Below, piece by piece: positions 40,078 to 48,239 of a stretch of DNA of 64,000 nt. Origin of the DNA: Hyalangium minutum (GTDB lineage: Bacteria; Myxococcota; Myxococcia; Myxococcales; Myxococcaceae). Where the stretch lies: contig NZ_JMCB01000015.1 in assembly GCF_000737315.1 (NCBI RefSeq), forward strand, positions 124,001 to 188,000, in the 5' to 3' direction. The position numbers and the translations under genes are program-made. Within the stretch, counting starts at the first letter, position 1. Each line of letters opens with the position of its first letter. Under the pieces are notes generated by a model. The model was not told where the DNA came from. It worked only from the letters and a program-made list of their open reading frames with translations, and did no database searches.

Positions 40078-42062
40078 CACAGCTCCGTGGAGGCGCACTT
40101 CCACGCGCGAGTCTCGTGGTAGGAAGCGCTTCCCACCATGCGAATGGAACTCCGAGTCCTGTCTCTCTGTCTGACGGACGAGGTGGACTGGTCCATGGAC
40201 GTAGCGGCGTTCCGCGCACCCGAGAGCCTGGCCCCGCGCGCCCCGGGCCGGGCGGCCCGTGCATGCTGGAGGGAAGGAGCCCGTCGGGTCATCAGGAACA
40301 GGAGCGTCAGAGCCACCATCCAGGCGCTCCCGCTGCCGGCCGCCGCGCATCCTCCACCCTTTGGCGTCTCTAGCGCCGGAGGCTCCGCCGGTTCCGACGG
40401 CTCCGATGGCTCCGATGGAGGCGCCGGGGGACAGGTGAGGGGCTCCGTTGAAGGCTCCCTCTCCATCCGGAACACGGTATCGGTCACCACCAAGTGGGGA
40501 CGGCCCTCCATCCACTTCAGCAGGTTGGCCGTCGTGCCGGCGACGGGAACTGACGGACTCCCGGGACCCGCGAGGTAGTACTGGCTGTTCATCACGTAGA
40601 CGACCGTCCCGTCCGGTCCGAGCATCACGGGAGCCGAAGGAAGGCCCCAGGAGGACACCTGCTCCTCGACCCCAGCCGGTGAGCGGAGCCACACCTGATT
40701 CACGCCCCCTCCGAGTCGCGTGAAGGCCACCCAGCCCTTCGACAGCAAGAAGCTGGCGCTCCCCGGCGTGTCGGAGAGGACGTGCCGCTGGCCAGCTCGT
40801 AGGAGCACCGTCTCACTGACCTGGTTGGGTTTTTCGAGCAGGTAGACCTGATCGTCGCCCTCGGCGATGGGAAACTTCACAGTGCCCTCGGCTTCGGCAA
40901 ACACCTGCTCGACCTGCTCATTCCGGTAGCGAAGGAGCAGGTTTCTGGTACTGCCGAGGAGGGTTCCATCCTCGCCGAGCCAGTTCGCCGCAAATTCCGA
41001 CGGGAGAGAGGTCCTCGTCCCCGTGGAGAAATTGAGGAGGCCCCAGCGTTGATTGGCCTCGAAGTAGGCCAGGTGGCTTCCCGTGATCCGGTAATAGCGC
41101 GAGAGTGGGCTATAGAGGTTCCAGGAGAACTCGGCCAGGGAGCTGCGCTGCCCATCCTGGACCTGAAGGAGCTCCATGTTGCGGGTGCCCAAGATCGCTC
41201 CTCCTGGCATCAGGTGCCCGATGTCATAGGAGCGGTTGCAGCTCAGGCCGCAGATGTAGCTGTTGATCTGGAGGTTCTCCAGGAGCGTGTCGATCTGTCC
41301 CGAGGTTCGGTCCAGCACTCGGGCCCTGCGTTGCTCGTCGACGAAGAGCACCCGCTGCGCATCGAAGTCGATCACCGAGCCGGGGACGCTCACCACCGGA
41401 ACGAGCCGCCGACTGTTCTCCACATAGATGGATCGCACCACCTCGCTGCTGCTCTGGGAGCCGGAGAGGGCCCTCAGGCGGATACGAACCCATTTGCCCG
41501 CGTATTCCGCCAAGCACAGTTCCTGGTCGAGCCTACCCTTGGCACTCAGGCTCGGCGGGCCTGGGAGCGGAGTGCCAGGAGTCCCTCGGGGATCCACCAC
41601 CTCGAAGTTGGCACGCACCTCACATCCCTGGGGATGATCGTCTTCACAGCTCGCCGTGAGCCGGATCGAGGGCTGCAGCACGAGCCCACTGGCGGGCGTC
41701 GAGATTGTAAGCCGTGGCGGCCGATCGACCTGGAGCAGCCGTGAGACCCGGGCTTCCGTGCCATGAATATCCCGCGCCGTGACGGTGAGCAGGTGCTCTC
41801 CGTAAGGCACCCCATCGATGGAGAGGATCGCTCTCGGCCGGAGATCGACTGGCATCGGGAAGACCTTGCCCCCGAACTCCGCCTGCATCGAGCTGAGCTG
41901 GTACACGGACTGGACGGAGACCAGGATCTCGAAGTCACTCTCGATCAGGGTTTGAGCGGGCCAGTCGAGGCGGAGCTCGATCTGAGCTGAGGCGACTCCA
42001 CTGGCCAGCAGACAGAGTGGGAGCAGCAGCAAAGGGATGCGTCGGAGTGGAGCAGGTCGCAT
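40029..42062 (-). CDS. Secreted beta-rich protein with MYXO-CTERM-like sorting signal
   Basis: Signal peptide, Ig-like and propeller-like regions, PSEP linker, and GGGCAAAGSGSAWMVALTLLFLMTRR followed by an 83-aa extension. Confidence 0.75.
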   Translation of the reverse strand: MRPAPLRRIPLLLLPLCLLASGVASAQIELRLDWPAQTLIESDFEILVSVQSVYQLSSMQAEFGGKVFPMPVDLRPRAILSIDGVPYGEHLLTVTARDIHGTEARVSRLLQVDRPPRLTISTPASGLVLQPSIRLTASCEDDHPQGCEVRANFEVVDPRGTPGTPLPGPPSLSAKGRLDQELCLAEYAGKWVRIRLRALSGSQSSSEVVRSIYVENSRRLVPVVSVPGSVIDFDAQRVLFVDEQRRARVLDRTSGQIDTLLENLQINSYICGLSCNRSYDIGHLMPGGAILGTRNMELLQVQDGQRSSLAEFSWNLYSPLSRYYRITGSHLAYFEANQRWGLLNFSTGTRTSLPSEFAANWLGEDGTLLGSTRNLLLRYRNEQVEQVFAEAEGTVKFPIAEGDDQVYLLEKPNQVSETVLLRAGQRHVLSDTPGSASFLLSKGWVAFTRLGGGVNQVWLRSPAGVEEQVSSWGLPSAPVMLGPDGTVVYVMNSQYYLAGPGSPSVPVAGTTANLLKWMEGRPHLVVTDTVFRMEREPSTEPLTCPPAPPSEPSEPSEPAEPPALETPKGGGCAAAGSGSAWMVALTLLFLMTRRAPSLQHARAARPGARGARLSGARNAATSMDQSTSSVRQRDRTRSSIRMVGSASYHETRAWKCASTELCHVSSRDIAGTSAPGT

Positions 42063-42162
42063 GGACGGGCTCGAAGAAGCTTGACAGGGCCCGGCCGCCC
42101 GACCGGACACGATGGCCGGAGCTCCTGGCAAAAGTACCACACGGAGCACTCGGCCTCCAGGC

Positions 42163-42282
42163 GGCAGGTCTCTCCTTCGGCGGGACCGCTGGGTCTGCTA
42201 GAGTCCTGCGGTGGGGCGGCTCTGGGTGTGCTTCCTTCTCACCCTACTGATGGTAGTGCATCCGCTCTCCGCCCCGCTTTTT
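42163..42282 (+). ncRNA. Candidate structured leader RNA upstream of the RING-TerD gene (two stem/TCCTTC/hairpin units)
   Basis: Two units, each a stem enclosing TCCTTC plus a hairpin. The second unit is closed by a 9-bp stem followed by U5. Folded by eye only. Confidence 0.45.
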
Positions 42283-42299
42283 CCCCCCTCGGAGACGCC

Positions 42300-44915
42300 G
42301 TGACTTCGCTCACGCTCGATCTGCCCCAAGCCACGGGGACCCCCGCGGCCCTGTTGCTGCGCAAGACATCGCGCGTCTTTGTCCCCGCCGTCCCCCACGG
42401 CAAGCCGTCGGTCCAAGGGCGCGAGGGCGTGCGCGCGCTCGAGGCGGACCTGCTCGGGCTGGGCTACACGCTCTCGGGTCCGCTCCAGGATGCGCTCGCC
42501 GCGCTCCCCCCGGATGCGCTCGCGGAGCTGGGCCGATTCGTCTTCTCCACACTTGCCCAGATGCTGGGCCGGGATCGGGCCTTCGTGCCCCTCTTCACCG
42601 GCTTTCCTCACAGCGTCCCGCAGGACTCCGATTCGTTCTTCATCCAGCGCATGCGGGTGTGGCTCTTCCAGTCGCCCGAGCAGCCCTGCCTCCAGTGCGG
42701 GAAGGTGGCCACGGTGAAGGCGCTCGATCCCTGCGCCCATGCCGTCTGCACGAGCTGCTTCGATCCACGCCAGTTCAACGCATGTCCCATCTGCCACCGG
42801 CGCGTCTCTCCCGGGCAGCCCTACTTCCAGCCGGTGGCTCAACCCTCCACGCGGCGGCTCCATGTGCTCCGGCAAGGGCGCATGACCCGGTTGTCGCTCT
42901 CCACGGACCTGGACTCCGCCGCGCGGGAGTTGCTGGAGCGGCTGCTCTCCCGCGCCACCGTCCTTCGTCCGGATGAGCTCGAGGTGGTGGGCACGCTCGT
43001 GTTCCACTTGGGCCTGAAGGTGCTCGGCTGGCTTCCGCCGCGGATCCCCGTGAAGGAGACGCTGGCCCAGGTCGTCGGTGGCCTGCTGCGGCGTGAGCCG
43101 GCCGCCGCGGCGGATGTGCTGGGGGGCACCGCCGCGCATTTGAAGACCGCGACGGACTTCCTCCGCGTGCTCGTCGCGTGGGCGGGTGGCAACCCAGACC
43201 TCACGGTCAAGGTGCCCCTCAAGAGCTACCCTCGCTCGCTGCGGCGCGCGGTGCTGAAGGCCCTGGAGGCGCTCCCGCTGCTGAACCTCACCGAGGATGT
43301 GCACCGCCACCCGGGCCTCTGGAAGGCCATTGCGGGCCAGCTCCACGTCTTCGAGCGCTGGCAAGAGCACCCGAACGTCGCCCTGGCCTTTGCCACCTTG
43401 CGCGGCACGGTGGTGGAGCCCCATAGCGAATTCAGCCATGCGCTGTTGGCCCAGGCCCGCGAGTACCGTGACTCTTTCCTGCCCCAGGCTGTGGAGGGAG
43501 GGCTCACGATCCGCTTCCGCTCGTGGAGTTCGCAGGTGGAGGAGGCGCTGAAGCGGCGGGACATGAACGGTGTGTTGCGGCTGCTGCGCCAGCGTCCCGG
43601 GGAGCTGCTGCGCAGGCTGGACCATGTGGCCCGCACGGCTCTCAGGGATGAACAAGGGGTCTTCCACCAGCGAGAACTCGTCACCAGCCTGGAGGCGGTG
43701 GCACCGCGCGCGGCGCCTGCGCTGCTCCTCACCGCCACTGCACATCTGCGCCGCCGACATGCCCCCTTCGCGCGGCGGGTGTTCTTCCCCAAGGGAGAGG
43801 CCACCCACGCCTGGGGCACCGAGGACCGGCGGCCGCTGCTGCCCGGGGACGCCATCGGCGAGCTCGTGGGTCCCCTGGAGCGCGAGCTGCTCCGGCGTGC
43901 GGAGCGGCTCCCCACATTGCCGCAGGCGGTGCTGGACGAGGCGCTCGCTGACCTGCTCGTGCCCCTCGCGGAGAAGACCGCGTCCCGAGCGCTCGTGGCG
44001 GTGCCTCGTGGGAGCGTGCTGGACCTGCCGCAAGGCGAGCACCTGCGCTTCTTCGTGCACTGGACGGAGCCCGCGGGGACGCGCGTGGATCTCGATCTGT
44101 CCGTGGCGCTCTACGACGCGAAGTGGTGGCTCGTCGATCTGTGCGACTACACGAACCTGCGCCTCGCGAACGACGCGGCCGTGCACTCGGGAGACATCAC
44201 CTCGGGGGCTCCTCCTCTGGGAGGCGCCGAGTTCCTGGACGTGCACGCGCCGGCGCTGCTGAAGAAGGGCGTACGCTACGCGGTGCCGGTGATCTTCTCC
44301 TTCAACAGCGTGTCCTTTGACCGCATGCAGGATGCCTTCGCGGGCTTCATGGTGCGCGACAGAAAGGACGGTCCTCACTTCGATGCGCGCGAGGTCGAGC
44401 AGCGCTTCGACCTGCAGGGGAACGCGAAGATCGCCGTGCCGCTCATCATCGACCTCGAGGCACGCAAGCTGCGCTGGGTGGATGTGAAGGTGCCGGCCGA
44501 CGACCTCTTCCACAGCGTCGCGCGCGCCCGGGGCGATCTTGCCCACTTGGGGAAGGACACCCTGGCCTACTTCGGGACGGGCGCGAGGCCGACCCTCTGG
44601 GAGCTGGCCTGTCTGCACGCGGCGGCGCGCACCCGCACGGTGCACGTGCGCCGCCGGGACGGGAACGTGGTGGTTCTCACCCGTGCACCCGACGAGGACA
44701 CCCGCCACTTCCTCTGGAGGCTCCGCCGCCTGGAGGGCGCCCGTGGGGTGCCACGGCTGACACTTCAGCCCGCGCCCGCTTTCTTCGCGGGACTCTCGGA
44801 CGAGCCCGCTCTGCCCCAGGGCAGCGAGGGCTATGCGCTCCGCTTCCGTCACACGGAGGCGGATCAGGTCAGGCGGCTCGCAGCGGGCGATCTCGTCGCG
44901 GCGCTGCGGCCCTAG
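42300..44915 (+). CDS. Prokaryotic RING finger + TROVE-like helical + TerD-domain protein (MXAN_6230/SCO0854-like, Prok-RING_4 type)
   Basis: GTG with GGAGA SD. C-x2-C-x11-C-x-H-x2-C-x2-C-x8-C-x2-C at 42687-42794, RPGELLRRLD, and TerD motifs DLDLS, HSGD, EFLDV. Confidence 0.85.
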   Translation: MTSLTLDLPQATGTPAALLLRKTSRVFVPAVPHGKPSVQGREGVRALEADLLGLGYTLSGPLQDALAALPPDALAELGRFVFSTLAQMLGRDRAFVPLFTGFPHSVPQDSDSFFIQRMRVWLFQSPEQPCLQCGKVATVKALDPCAHAVCTSCFDPRQFNACPICHRRVSPGQPYFQPVAQPSTRRLHVLRQGRMTRLSLSTDLDSAARELLERLLSRATVLRPDELEVVGTLVFHLGLKVLGWLPPRIPVKETLAQVVGGLLRREPAAAADVLGGTAAHLKTATDFLRVLVAWAGGNPDLTVKVPLKSYPRSLRRAVLKALEALPLLNLTEDVHRHPGLWKAIAGQLHVFERWQEHPNVALAFATLRGTVVEPHSEFSHALLAQAREYRDSFLPQAVEGGLTIRFRSWSSQVEEALKRRDMNGVLRLLRQRPGELLRRLDHVARTALRDEQGVFHQRELVTSLEAVAPRAAPALLLTATAHLRRRHAPFARRVFFPKGEATHAWGTEDRRPLLPGDAIGELVGPLERELLRRAERLPTLPQAVLDEALADLLVPLAEKTASRALVAVPRGSVLDLPQGEHLRFFVHWTEPAGTRVDLDLSVALYDAKWWLVDLCDYTNLRLANDAAVHSGDITSGAPPLGGAEFLDVHAPALLKKGVRYAVPVIFSFNSVSFDRMQDAFAGFMVRDRKDGPHFDAREVEQRFDLQGNAKIAVPLIIDLEARKLRWVDVKVPADDLFHSVARARGDLAHLGKDTLAYFGTGARPTLWELACLHAAARTRTVHVRRRDGNVVVLTRAPDEDTRHFLWRLRRLEGARGVPRLTLQPAPAFFAGLSDEPALPQGSEGYALRFRHTEADQVRRLAAGDLVAALRP

Positions 44916-44934
44916 GTCCGCTCACGAAGCCGTC

Positions 44935-46332
44935 TCAGTGCACCGTGGGCCCGGAGCTGGGCCTCTGCTCTTTGAGCCCGAGCGCCGCCCGGCACGTCTT
45001 CGTGTACAGGTCTCGGAAGAGGTTGTTCGGGTCGGTGAGCTGCTTCACCGCCTGGTACGTCTCCCGGTTCCAGATGCTCCAGAACGTCTGCTCGTCGTAG
45101 TAGTTGTACGAGATGAGCGTCTTGGTGCCGTTGATCTCTCGCAGCTCGTCCTCGAACTCCTTATAGAGGTTGCGGCCCGGCTGCTGCTTCATCCCGTACA
45201 CCGCGAGGTCCAGGAACAGCGGATCCTTCACGCCGGCCCACCAGCGGGGCGTGAGCCACTCGTAGTTCCGCATGCGCCGGTAGGGCACGCACCACACCGG
45301 GTAGAAGTGCATCTCGCGGTGGTACCAGTCCATGAACTCGGCCGTGCGCGAGAACGGCACGAACACGTCCACGATGACGGAAGGGTTCTTCTTCGGCAGG
45401 AAGCGATGGAACCGGTCCGCGGTCCTCAGCACGCTGTCCGAGTGCACCAGCTTGCCGAACAGCGCCCGGCCCACGAGGCTGCGTGGCTTGACGCGCGTCA
45501 CGCCCCGGTTGTACCGGAACAGGTAGTCGTAGGTCGTGAGGTAGTCCGCGGCGCGCTGGGGGATGCTCTCGCAGTACGCTTTGAGCCAGTCGTAGCGGCT
45601 CGTGTACGGCGCCCGCTCCGTGAAGCGGCCCACGCACAGCACGTGCTTCGTCGGCGAGAAGATCTGCCCGTCCAGATAGTCCGCGTCCTGCGCGGTGAAG
45701 TGACGCCAGATGGCCTGATGGAAGGCCTCGAGCGTGGCGTAGGTCTCATACGTCACGTGCACGTACGGCGCCGCCGGCACCAGCTTGAACTTCAGCTTCG
45801 ACAGGATGCCCAGCGTCCCGAACGAGCCGTGGAGCATCTGGAACACGAGCGGGTTCTCCGTGGGGGAGCAGCGCAGCACGACTCCCTTCGCGGTGATGAG
45901 CTCGTACTCCAGGCACGTGTCGTGGAAGCCCCCGTACTTGAAGGACATGGACTCGATGGAGCAGCCCGCGACCGAGCCCCCCAGCGTGATGGTCTTGTGC
46001 TCGGGGACGATGACGGGCACCAGCCCATAGCGCATCGTCGCGCGGACCACCTCGTCGAAGGTCACCGCAGGCTCCGCCGTGCACGTGCGCCCGATGGGAT
46101 CAATCTCAAGGATCTGATCGAGGTCGCTCAGGTCGATCTTCTCATCGGTGCGCCGCGGGTCATCGCGCTTGGGGACCTGGTGCGGCGGCGTCTTCTTCTT
46201 GAGGGAGAGGGGGCGCGTGCTCTTTCGCTCTCGCAGTTGCCGCGCGATGCGCTGGCGCTTCACCGTGTGCAGCGCATCGTGCGTCGAGGGCTCCTCCAGC
46301 CAGCGCTCTGCCGGTGCCGACTCCAGATGCAT
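44935..46332 (-). CDS. FAD-binding oxidoreductase, Delta24-sterol reductase (DHCR24)-like
   Basis: CTAEPAVTF, TITLGGSVAGCSIESMSFKYGGFHD, HGSFGTLGIL, and C-terminal FWSIWNRETY..DPNNLFRDLYTK. Confidence 0.8.
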   Translation of the reverse strand: MHLESAPAERWLEEPSTHDALHTVKRQRIARQLRERKSTRPLSLKKKTPPHQVPKRDDPRRTDEKIDLSDLDQILEIDPIGRTCTAEPAVTFDEVVRATMRYGLVPVIVPEHKTITLGGSVAGCSIESMSFKYGGFHDTCLEYELITAKGVVLRCSPTENPLVFQMLHGSFGTLGILSKLKFKLVPAAPYVHVTYETYATLEAFHQAIWRHFTAQDADYLDGQIFSPTKHVLCVGRFTERAPYTSRYDWLKAYCESIPQRAADYLTTYDYLFRYNRGVTRVKPRSLVGRALFGKLVHSDSVLRTADRFHRFLPKKNPSVIVDVFVPFSRTAEFMDWYHREMHFYPVWCVPYRRMRNYEWLTPRWWAGVKDPLFLDLAVYGMKQQPGRNLYKEFEDELREINGTKTLISYNYYDEQTFWSIWNRETYQAVKQLTDPNNLFRDLYTKTCRAALGLKEQRPSSGPTVH

Positions 46333-46427
46333 TTCGTCCCTCCGAACCTGGAAGGTGGTGAATGCACGCACGTTCGGTGAGTCCTGGCCCGCCGGGTGGG
46401 CCCTTGTCCGACCGGTTGCTCAGCGGC

Positions 46428-48209
46428 TCAGTCCGGGTCTGGATGACCATCCACCCGCAACTGAAAGAGGAAATAGGGAGGAATGCAGGCGCCTTGAGTC
46501 TCCGACACCTTGGCGCAGAGATAGTCGTCGCGGCAGAGCTCCGTCTCGCTGCAGGACTGCAGCGCGCCCGGCCGCACATTTTCTCTCAAGCATTGCGCGA
46601 ACGGCAGCCGGCCCCGTGACAGGCAGTGGTTGAACGTCTGGAGCACCGCGATCGACCCGCAGACCTCACCCTGCCGCAGGTTCTGGCAGTTGCCCGAGCA
46701 CATCCCTCCGGGAAAGCCTACAGACGTGTCCTCGCAGATGCGGCCGGAGCCGCAGCGGAGCTCTTCGCCGGGCGAGATGGAATCGGTCTGGGGATTCTCA
46801 TGGTGTTGCACTTGGCCGGGCTGGCAGAAGGAGCCCGCCTGCGGCTCTTGGGGCATGCACACGCCCGTGGGGCTCACCCGGGAGTCGCTCACGAGCGCGC
46901 GGCACTCGAGCCCCGCCGAGCAGCCCCAGTCCCGGAAGGACGGATCGCCCAGCCCGCAGTGCGCTCCGAGGTCTCCCTTCTCCTCGGCGGCACGGGTGGA
47001 CGGCGCGCGGAACGGCGCAGGCTCCTGCTCGGACAGCACTGCTTGGAAGAAGCGCTCGCGCCGCGGTTGATCGAGCAGGAAGTGAGGCGAAGCCGCGACG
47101 AAGATGGAGTTTACTGGCTCCGTCTCGCGCCGGTCCTTCCCCAGGAAGTGGAAGCCCGCCACGGTTCGGCCCTGGTGGCAGCCCGAGCAGGACAGATCGT
47201 TCAAGCGCTGCAGGAGGCCCTGGGGCGAATGCAGCGTCTTCCTGCCCGTGAAGGAGAGCTGGGCGAAGTCGCTCTCCACGAAGAGCTGGTGAAAGGGCGC
47301 ATTGGCCAGACGATGGGAGCCAGCCAGGGCCACCGAGCGTGCACGCCGGGCCAGGAACTCCTCTGGGAGCATGGCCACGCCCTCGTCGATCTTCGCCAGG
47401 TTCTGGGGATCGGCGATCCACGTCCGCAGCTTCTCCCGCAGGCCCGGCACCGCCTGGATGCGTGCCACATCGGGCGTATTCTCGAGCGGAGCCAGCCGGA
47501 AGACCTCCCCTTTCTTCTGGAAGACGCGGAGGAGGTACTCCGCGTAGCCGCCGAAGTCGGGCCGCACGGTGGACGGCCAGCGCACGGACTGCAGGTTGAG
47601 CTCGATCGACTTGAGCTCGAGTTGTCCCAGCGAGGCCGGAGAGATGGCGCTGGAGTCCTGCGAGAGCGCCTGTTGGAGCTCCTGCCAGCGCCTTGCCGCG
47701 TCTGCGCACTGGCCCTCGCGCCCCGGTCCCCAGAAGACCACGTTCAAGGTGAGCGGCAGTCGGGAGTAGATCGGCTCCTTCCCTGAAGTGCGGTAGGCCA
47801 GACGGTAGATGAAGCGGAGCTCTCCACAGTGTTCGGGGTGGAAAGGCGCCCGGTCGAGGCGGTTCACGATGCCGACCAGCTCGAAGAAGGCCTGGGGTGA
47901 CCGCAGCCAGTCGCTGTCCAGGAGGCGGTGCGGCGTGCGCATGGAGGTGCTGAGCAGGCGATCGTGGCTTCGCAGCTCCGAGAGATCCTCGGTCACGCTC
48001 TCCGCGATCGAGCGGTAGGCGGCGTTCTCGAACAGGGCCTCGTTGCTGGGAACTGGAGCAGGTGCCCCGAATGCCAGGCGGGCCAGGTCGAAGCCGTTCC
48101 TCTCCCATTTTTGCAACAGGACGGGATCGTCCACCCTCAGAGGCACCTGCGTGCACAGGGAAGCCAAGCCCAGCAGGACTGCCAGGTGAGGCAATGAGTG
48201 GATTCCCAT
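46428..48209 (-). CDS. Hypothetical exported protein with one CxxCH motif and a Cys-rich C-terminal domain
   Basis: Hydrophobic N-terminus, SCSGCHQ, and a C-terminal third with many Cys. Confidence 0.7.
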   Translation of the reverse strand: MGIHSLPHLAVLLGLASLCTQVPLRVDDPVLLQKWERNGFDLARLAFGAPAPVPSNEALFENAAYRSIAESVTEDLSELRSHDRLLSTSMRTPHRLLDSDWLRSPQAFFELVGIVNRLDRAPFHPEHCGELRFIYRLAYRTSGKEPIYSRLPLTLNVVFWGPGREGQCADAARRWQELQQALSQDSSAISPASLGQLELKSIELNLQSVRWPSTVRPDFGGYAEYLLRVFQKKGEVFRLAPLENTPDVARIQAVPGLREKLRTWIADPQNLAKIDEGVAMLPEEFLARRARSVALAGSHRLANAPFHQLFVESDFAQLSFTGRKTLHSPQGLLQRLNDLSCSGCHQGRTVAGFHFLGKDRRETEPVNSIFVAASPHFLLDQPRRERFFQAVLSEQEPAPFRAPSTRAAEEKGDLGAHCGLGDPSFRDWGCSAGLECRALVSDSRVSPTGVCMPQEPQAGSFCQPGQVQHHENPQTDSISPGEELRCGSGRICEDTSVGFPGGMCSGNCQNLRQGEVCGSIAVLQTFNHCLSRGRLPFAQCLRENVRPGALQSCSETELCRDDYLCAKVSETQGACIPPYFLFQLRVDGHPDPD

Positions 48210-48239
48210 GGGAGCACTTTAGACGGAACATGTTCCTGC

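Noticed and set aside
40138-40578. 146-aa plus-strand ORF (MRMELRVLSL...)
   Set aside because: No SD, and most of it is antisense to the MYXO-CTERM gene. A short real peptide cannot be fully excluded.
42081-42113. TTGACA as the -35 of the RING-gene leader
   Set aside because: No -10 at 16-18 nt. The nearest candidate, CACGAT, is 21 nt away.
42198-44852. 884-aa minus-strand ORF
   Set aside because: Antisense to the RING-TerD gene, with no recognisable domain.
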